NCBI GenBank assembly: GCA_003694635.1
Contig: RFKQ01000075.1
Span: 1 to 51,717, forward strand
Length of the DNA: 51,717 nt
Direction: 5' to 3'
From: Planctomycetota bacterium
Lineage (GTDB): Bacteria > Planctomycetota > J132
Below are positions 35,727 to 43,000 of the stretch, piece after piece. A program made the translations under genes and the position numbers. The notes under the pieces were generated by a model. That model was not told the DNA's origin. It searched no databases and saw nothing but the letters and a program-made list of their open reading frames with translations. How positions within the stretch are numbered: position 1 is the stretch's first letter; the number at the start of each line of letters is the position of its first letter.

Positions 35727-37895
35727 CTACTGACGCTTTAACACCACCGCACTATAACCATCCAATACCCACGTGGTACTACTAGGGGCCCAATTGTCAA
35801 AATCATTGCCAGAAGGCACATTCCTCCCATCCCCTAAAAATACCAACTGCGTGTTGTTATAAGGATCCGAATTGCCCAAAACCGCACATTGCGCCTTCCA
35901 ACTACCCGGGGGCAACGTAAACGTAACACCGTAATTGTGCATGTTCAACAATACCACAAAACTGGAACCATAACTCTGATTCTCATCGATCACATAACCC
36001 ACCGCAAGATTCCCCCCCGTATGAACAATATCCGTTCGATAACCACCCCCAGGATCCAACCCCACCCGAAAACCCGGATTGTTCTTGCGCAAATGAACCA
36101 TAAACTGAAAATATTCGTAAAACTCCTGCCGAGTGCTCGCCAAACTCCAATCTATCGCCTGCACATCCTCCTGCTGGCTCTGCTGCTGCGACTTACTCAA
36201 ATCGCGCACAAACTCCTGCCCCTCATAAACCATCGGTATCCCCAACGAAGTCATCAAAAGCGTGATCCCGATCCCCGCCTTGGCCCATGAACCATTGACA
36301 AAATTCCCCACCGTCTGCTCGTCATGACTCTCCAAATAATTCGTCACATCCACCGGGTTCTTGGCCCGGAGAAATCCTACCCCATCATCCACATCCTTGG
36401 AAAAATAAATAGACTGCCGAATCCTAGTCCCCGTGGTGGCATCGTTGAGCTCCCCTAAAAAACGTGTTTTGGCACTCTCCCGATAAAAATCGTTCCACTG
36501 TGAATAACCATTCCCCACCAACCACTTGTGGCGATAGCTGCCCAACCAATTCTCAGATGTCAAGAAAATATTGGGATTAAGTGCGGTAAGCTCCGAACGC
36601 GCAAGCTCTAATGTAGACCTGGAAGTACCTACGATTAAATCAAAACGAAAACCATCTACATTGAATTCCTCCACCCAATAGCGCAAATTGTCCAATACCA
36701 ACTTCTTCGCAAAAACCTTCTCCGCCCCCCCAATCACCCCATCATAACGCTCCCCCTCCGCAATCCAATTCCCCGTCCCCAAAGAAGCCCAATCGTTGCC
36801 ATTTAAGTGAAAATAATACCTCTTCTTGGGATCAATCCAATAGAGAATATTCTGAAGATTGGAAGTGTGCGTAAGCACCACATCCAAAATCACAGCTATG
36901 CCATTTTTGTGAAACTCATCGATCAGCTTTCGCAATTGATAATAACTACTCCCATCCGTCTCATCCGTGGCATAGCCACTCTCCGGAGCAAAAAACAATA
37001 CGGGCAAATAACCCCACGAGTATCCATGAGGATCGCTAGGATTGTCGGTGGTAAACTCATGCACAGGCATAAGCTCCACCGCATTGATCCCAAGATTCTT
37101 TAAATACGGAATCGCATACTCCAATCCAAGATATTTCCCCCTGTACGCAACGGGAAAATTGCTCACCCCCGGGATAGAATTGGAAGAGGCCTTTTTGGTA
37201 AAATCCCCAACGTGAAGCTCATAAATGATCAGATCTTCCGCCTTGGGAGTGAGAAAAGAAGTAGGCACCCAAGGGGACTTCTCTTGCAAAGAAGTGCGCC
37301 GAGGATCAATGATAATCGAATGCCCATCGCTGCGAACATTGGCCCGAGCATAAGGATCCTGCACCACCGTCTGCGCTCCCGTTAAACGAACACCCCGATA
37401 ATCCACCAACCCCTGCCCCGTGTGATCCTCAATGCGAAAACGATAGTACTTCAAACTATAGACGGGAGAAGCCGCCTTGGTCCCCACGTACCATATGCCA
37501 CTCTTCGAAGAGTGCATCGGAAGAATCCGATCCGGCTGATCGTAAGGATCCTGAGCCGAATCGTAAAGGCATAAAATCACCTTGGCCGCATCGGGACAAA
37601 AAAATCGAAACGCCGTCCCATTGAGAGAAGGATCAAACTGAGCACCTAGTTTAACATCCCTAAATTCAGAGTAAGTGGGGGTGGAATCATTGAGAAGATC
37701 AAGCTCCTGTTGGGTAAAAAACAAATCGGTATCATCTGTGGCAAAAGCTACACCAGACGCAAAAGGAACATAACCCGCCGGCGTAGGATCGTAAAGGGGA
37801 ACGTAGCCAGAGGATCCCTTTTGCTCACAGGAAAAGCAAACGAAAACGGTAGACAACAAAAGCAAAAACGAAAGTAAATTTCTAACGGGTCCCAT
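35727..37895 (-). CDS. Secreted GH13 pullulanase/alpha-amylase-family lipoprotein
   Basis: It has the lipobox FVCFSCEQ. GH13 regions present are DVVLTHTS, GFRFDLIVG, LTSENW and YLESHDE. Confidence 0.75.
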   Translation of the reverse strand: MGPVRNLLSFLLLLSTVFVCFSCEQKGSSGYVPLYDPTPAGYVPFASGVAFATDDTDLFFTQQELDLLNDSTPTYSEFRDVKLGAQFDPSLNGTAFRFFCPDAAKVILCLYDSAQDPYDQPDRILPMHSSKSGIWYVGTKAASPVYSLKYYRFRIEDHTGQGLVDYRGVRLTGAQTVVQDPYARANVRSDGHSIIIDPRRTSLQEKSPWVPTSFLTPKAEDLIIYELHVGDFTKKASSNSIPGVSNFPVAYRGKYLGLEYAIPYLKNLGINAVELMPVHEFTTDNPSDPHGYSWGYLPVLFFAPESGYATDETDGSSYYQLRKLIDEFHKNGIAVILDVVLTHTSNLQNILYWIDPKKRYYFHLNGNDWASLGTGNWIAEGERYDGVIGGAEKVFAKKLVLDNLRYWVEEFNVDGFRFDLIVGTSRSTLELARSELTALNPNIFLTSENWLGSYRHKWLVGNGYSQWNDFYRESAKTRFLGELNDATTGTRIRQSIYFSKDVDDGVGFLRAKNPVDVTNYLESHDEQTVGNFVNGSWAKAGIGITLLMTSLGIPMVYEGQEFVRDLSKSQQQSQQEDVQAIDWSLASTRQEFYEYFQFMVHLRKNNPGFRVGLDPGGGYRTDIVHTGGNLAVGYVIDENQSYGSSFVVLLNMHNYGVTFTLPPGSWKAQCAVLGNSDPYNNTQLVFLGDGRNVPSGNDFDNWAPSSTTWVLDGYSAVVLKRQ

Positions 37896-37922
37896 TTCTA
37901 GCCTCCTAGAAAATTTTATCGT

Positions 37923-37952
37923 AGTGTAGCACCAAAAAAACTACCTTGTCAA
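37923..37952 (-). promoter_or_regulatory. Sigma70-like promoter for the pullulanase gene: TTGACA-18 nt-TACACT, followed by AGGAGG 6 nt before the ATG at 37895
   Basis: The minus strand reads cTTGACAaggtagtttttttggtgcTACACTacgataaaattttctAGGAGGctagaaATG. Confidence 0.5.
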
Positions 37953-37977
37953 GAGAAGAAAAAATTTTTTTCCCCAT

Positions 37978-38007
37978 TTGACACAGCGAGCGAAATTGTG
38001 GTATCAT
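37978..38007 (+). promoter_or_regulatory. Sigma70-like promoter TTGACA-18 nt-TATCAT, divergent from the previous one, about 170 nt upstream of the CDS at 38177
   Basis: The + strand reads ccccaTTTGACAcagcgagcgaaattgtggTATCATtgg. Confidence 0.45.
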
Positions 38008-38176
38008 TGGACCGAAAGCAAATTTTTAAAAATTCTGAATTGTAGTGTTGCATCCGACAAAAAACGCTGTAAGATAACCCAAAATTTCTAGTCCTCCTTG
38101 CCCTCCTCCCCGCAGCTAAGCCGCCCAGGGCTAGAATCAATCCTTAAAAATTTTTTTTAAACCCTGGAGCAGTACA

Positions 38177-38779
38177 ATGAAATGGTTGATGGAATACGGC
38201 GATTGGATTGAGGTCGCCTTTAGCCTTGTCTCCCTCCTGACAATGTTTGTGGTCATTTGGCTAAACTATGAGGCCAATAAGCTCGCAGAAAAAGGTGTGG
38301 AAGAGGGAAAACTCATATGGGAACTGGAAAATCGCCCCTACGTCTACTTCCAAATAGATATGGATCTAGGGGCCAATACCATCTCTTTCTGCCTCTACAA
38401 CCGAGGGAAAGGTATTGCCAAAAATATTCGCCTAGAACTCAAAGAAAATCTAACCTGTATCCCCGGACGAGAAGAAATCCCTGTCCAAAAAATCGCAATG
38501 CTCCAAGAAGGCCTCGCTTTCCTAGCCCCAGAGGGAAAATTCCTAGAACTTGTAGGCGATACCCCAACTTTCTTTCGAATCAATAAAGATATCCCCGAAC
38601 TCCATGGAACCATTTTCTACGAAGATGCCGCAGGGAAAAAATACCAAACCCCCGTAAGAGTTAACCTAAAAGCCTTAGGCAAAAGAAGAGAAGTCGTCCC
38701 CGCTGGAATCGACCAAGTGGTTCAAGTCCTAGAAGATATAGAAAGAACCCTGCGAATGCGGCAAATGCGCCGACGCTAA
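38177..38779 (+). CDS. Hypothetical single-pass membrane protein, paralog A
   Basis: It has an N-terminal TM helix and then a beta-rich domain. Blocks NRPYVYFQIDMD..LYNRGKGIAKNIRLEL, LHGTIFYEDAAGKKYQ and VVQVLEDIERTL are shared with the next ORF. Confidence 0.6.
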   Translation: MKWLMEYGDWIEVAFSLVSLLTMFVVIWLNYEANKLAEKGVEEGKLIWELENRPYVYFQIDMDLGANTISFCLYNRGKGIAKNIRLELKENLTCIPGREEIPVQKIAMLQEGLAFLAPEGKFLELVGDTPTFFRINKDIPELHGTIFYEDAAGKKYQTPVRVNLKALGKRREVVPAGIDQVVQVLEDIERTLRMRQMRRR

Positions 38780-38830
38780 AATACTCTAAAAACAGATACC
38801 CTAATCGCCAAGGGAAAAAAGGAAAAAATT

Positions 38831-39403
38831 ATGTGGATTATCTTGGTAAAACTGATCATCACCGCCCTCGTCACCATCGCCACCGTCATCCTGCTGGTCT
38901 TCAACCTCAAAGCAAATCGCCTCACCCGACTCTCCATCCAACAAATGGAAAATGCCCGTAAAGAAGAATTCCGCCCCTACGTCCTCTTCGATATGGAATT
39001 CGATGCCACCCACGTCTTTATGACCCTGCGCAACGTGGGAAAATCCCCCGCCTTCCAAGTCCAACTCCAACTCGATCAAGATCTAAAAGTCTGGAACTCC
39101 CTCGTGGGCGAGGAAATCTATACCCCCAAAGATATGGCCATCACCGATGAAATCGAAATGATCACCCCCGGAAATGAATTTCGAGAATGGGTGGACTTTA
39201 GCGATTTCTTCTTCCGCAACAACGAAAATATCTCCAACCTCTCCGGTAAAGTCACCTACCAAGACGCAGCGGGCAATCCATACCAATTTCTAATCCACCT
39301 AGATATCGAACCCTTCCGACACCGCTATATCTACATTCGAAAGGATATGAAAAGCCTAGTGCAAACCCTCGAACGCATCCGAGACCACATAAAAAAACTC
39401 TAA
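38831..39403 (+). CDS. Hypothetical single-pass membrane protein, paralog B
   Basis: It has an N-terminal TM helix. Blocks FRPYVLFDMEFD..LRNVGKSPAFQVQLQL, LSGKVTYQDAAGNPYQ and LVQTLERIRDHI align with paralog A. Confidence 0.6.
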   Translation: MWIILVKLIITALVTIATVILLVFNLKANRLTRLSIQQMENARKEEFRPYVLFDMEFDATHVFMTLRNVGKSPAFQVQLQLDQDLKVWNSLVGEEIYTPKDMAITDEIEMITPGNEFREWVDFSDFFFRNNENISNLSGKVTYQDAAGNPYQFLIHLDIEPFRHRYIYIRKDMKSLVQTLERIRDHIKKL

Positions 39404-39421
39404 AGCAAACCCTCCTTAAAC

Positions 39422-39880
39422 ATGCTCTGGTACGTAGACCCACCAAAAATCATGGGAAGCTCCCACCCCGACGAATCACAAATCCTAGAGTGCGCCCGGC
39501 AAGGAATACAGACCGTGATCTGCTTGCTCTCCCCCCACCAACCCCTCCGATACTCTCCAGAAAATCTCAAAAAACATGGCATCGCCTGGTACCATATCCA
39601 AATCGAAGACTTCTGCGCACCTACCCTAGAACAATTTCAAAGCTTCTTCCAAATCCTAGACGAACGCCTACCCCACGGAGGCGTACTCTTCCACTGCCAA
39701 GCAGGCTGCGGACGTACGGGTACCATGGCCGCCGCATACTGGATCCGCCAGGGACTCTCCGCTCCACAAGCCATAAACAAAGTGCGCCAAAGCAACCCCC
39801 ACGCTGTGGAAACCCAAGAGCAAATGCAAAGCCTAAAAGACCTCGAAAAACAACTCCAAAATCCACAAAAAGAGAAATAA
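39422..39880 (+). CDS. Dual-specificity (Cys-based, PTP-superfamily) protein phosphatase
   Basis: It has the active-site P-loop HCQAGCGRTG (HCxxGxxR[ST]) and an upstream acidic residue in IQIEDFCAP. Confidence 0.8.
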   Translation: MLWYVDPPKIMGSSHPDESQILECARQGIQTVICLLSPHQPLRYSPENLKKHGIAWYHIQIEDFCAPTLEQFQSFFQILDERLPHGGVLFHCQAGCGRTGTMAAAYWIRQGLSAPQAINKVRQSNPHAVETQEQMQSLKDLEKQLQNPQKEK

Positions 39881-40027
39881 CCCCCCTCATCTCCATTCCC
39901 CAACATCTCACCAACTCCAACCCTCTAAACCCGGAACCTCAACCTAACCTAAATCTTTGAAAGTGCCAAAAAAACCTTTCAAAAACAACCGATTCCCCCC
40001 CCTTCACAACGCAAGGATCACCCCACC

Positions 40028-43000
40028 ATGAAAACAAAAAAATTCTCCAAACTCGCCCTGCTCAACCGGGGAGAACCCGCAGTGCGCTTTCTCCAAGCAA
40101 TCCAAGAAGTCAACCGCCTGGAAAACGCCAATATCCAAACCTATTTCCTCTACACCGATCCAGATAAAAACTCCCTTGCCATCCATCGATGCGATGTACC
40201 CGTCTATCTAGGACCTCCCTTCTTCCAAAACGGAACCGAAAGAAAAAGCAGCTACCTCAACTACTCAAAAATCCGCCAAATTCTCCTTGACTATAAAATC
40301 GACGGCGTCTGGGTCGGCTGGGGATTTGCCGCCGAAGACCCCAACTTCGCCGCCCTCTGCGAAGAACTAGGCGTAACGTTCATCGGACCATCCTCCCAAA
40401 CCATGCGCATGCTAGGGGATAAAATCCTCTCGAAAAAATTGGCCGAACAAGCTAAAATCCCCGTTATCCCCTGGAGCGGAGGCGTTGTCCAAACACTCGA
40501 AGAAGCCATGGCCACAGCCAAAAAACTCGGCTACCCCCTCGCCCTCAAAGCCTCCGCCGGGGGAGGAGGACGAGGTATCCGAAAAGTACAAAAAGAAAAA
40601 GAACTCAAAGAACTCTTCCACTCCGCTCAACAAGAAGCCCTAAAAGCCTTCGGATGCGGAGATCTGTTTCTAGAAGCCCTCATCCCTAGCCCACGCCACA
40701 TCGAAGTGCAAATCGCCGCCGACCTCTACGGCAACTGCCAAGCCCTCGGAGTGCGAGACTGCTCCGTGCAAAGACGACACCAAAAAATTATCGAAGAAAC
40801 CCCCTCCCCCGTCCTGTCTCCAAAACTAGAAAAACAAGTCTGCCAATACGCCGTAAAACTAGCCAAAACCGCCAAATACCACAACCTCGGCACCGTGGAA
40901 TTCCTCTTCAAAGACGGAAAATTCTACTTCATGGAAATGAATACCCGCCTGCAAGTCGAACACCCCATCACAGAACTTACCTACGGACTGGACCTAGTTA
41001 AACTCCAAATCTCCATCGCAAGAGGAAAAAAACTACCTGCCCCCTTCCCCTCTCCCAAAGGACACGCCATCGAAGTCCGGCTCAACGCCGAAGACCCTGA
41101 ACAAGGCTTCGCACCCGCCCCCGGCAAAGTCCTCCACTACTCCCCCCCCACAGGTATCGGTATTCGAGTGGATACCGGACTCCGTATCGGAGATAGTATC
41201 CCCCAAGAATTTGACTCCATGATCGCCAAAATCATCGCCTACGGAGCAAACCGAAACGAAGCTATCGCACGCCTAGATAGAGCACTCCGAGAAATGAACA
41301 TGATCATCGAAGGAGGAACCACCAACAAAGGCTTCCTGTTAGAACTTATCCGCAACCGAGCCTTTGTCCAAGCTAAAATCACCACCGATTGGCTGGATAA
41401 ACGCCAAAAAAGAAGCCCCATCTTCCCCAAAAAAAACACCCAGCTCGCCCTCCTCTGCACCGGCATCGAAATCTATGAACGACGCTTCGATAAAATCAAA
41501 GAACGCTTCTTCCAAACAGCCTTCCGAGGACGCCCCAATCTCGACTTCCCCCAACACCCCCAAGAAATCACCCTCCAACACGAAAAAAAAACCTATAAGT
41601 TTTCCATCGCTAAAATCGATCTCTATACCTACCGCATCTACTCTACAACCAAACAATGGACGGATGTAATCTACCGAAAAGTCAATCCCTTCCAAGCCGA
41701 ACTTCTCTATCTCAACAAGAGGTATACAATCTTCCACTCCTGGCAAAAACACCTTGACTACGTGGAGGTGGACGGCATCCACTACCTCATCCGTGAAGAT
41801 ACCGGCGGCGCCATCACCTCCCCCATGCCCGCACTCGTCCTCAACATAGCCGTCCAAGAAGGACAACGTATCAAAGCAGGCGACAAAGTAGCCGTGCTCG
41901 AAGCCATGAAAATGGAAATGCCTATTTTCGCCTCAGAGGACGGCGTGGTTAAAAAAGTTATGATTCAGCCAGGCTCCCAAATCGCCGCCGGCGAAGCTAT
42001 CCTACTCCTAGAAACCACAGGAAAAGAAAACTCCCCAAACACAACCCTGGAACTAAAACCTCTCCACTCCCTAAACGACCTTAGCCATGTCTCCACCATC
42101 CTAGAAGAACTCAAACACCTCTTCCTAGGATACGATTTCCCCGAATCCTACGTAAACACCGCCCTAAAAAAACTCATAAACTCGAATTTACCACCCCAAC
42201 CACAAACGGAAATCCTTGCCAAATTTAAAGAAATCCTCAAAATCTATACAAGCCTAGAAGACCTCTTCCAAACCTCCCCCCAAAACGCACAAAGAAGGCA
42301 CTTTTCCAGCAAAGAATACCTCTACCTCTACCTCCACTGGTTCTCCGGAGAAGGTGAAGGACTGCCCGAGGAATTCTTAACCAAACTTAAAAACGCCCTG
42401 AGCTGCTACAAAATCGAAAGCCTAAAACCCCAAGATAGACTAAAAAACGCAATTTTACGAATATTTTTGTCTAACACTCGCTTAAAACTCAAAAACCAAG
42501 TCCTAAAATCCTTGCTAAAACTCCTCCTCGAACACCCCCACTGGCTCCAACCAGCGGATCGAAGGGAGTTTCGCCTCCTGATCACAAATGTGGCAGAAAT
42601 CGCTCAAAAAAGCTTCCCCGAACTCTATAACATCTGCCGACGAGTCCTCTACGCCCTATTCGACGGCCGCTATATGGAAAGAAGAAGGCAGAAAATCCTC
42701 TACAAAGTGGACCTGATGCTGGATAAATTGGCAAACTCCCCATCAGACTCCGAACGCGCCTCCCAAATGGCCTGGCTGCTCAACGTGCCCATTTCCCTAA
42801 AAAAATACCTCTCTCAAAAAATAATCAACTCCCCACAACTGGCCCCCCATATTCTCGAAATCTTTGTTCGAAGGCTCTATCAAAAACACTATCTCAAAGA
42901 GCTCTACACCATAACCTCCAAGAAACTCTCCCAGTGTGTGGCCCAGATCAAAGAGGATTCCCAGCCAATTCACCTCACCTTTCTACACAAAAACTACCGG

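Noticed and set aside
38317-39960. Alternative-frame + strand ORFs (38317-38586, 39490-39960) overlapping paralog A and the phosphatase
   Set aside because: They are Arg/Pro-rich and low-complexity. They overlap frames that have clear paralogy or an intact HCxxGxxR active site.
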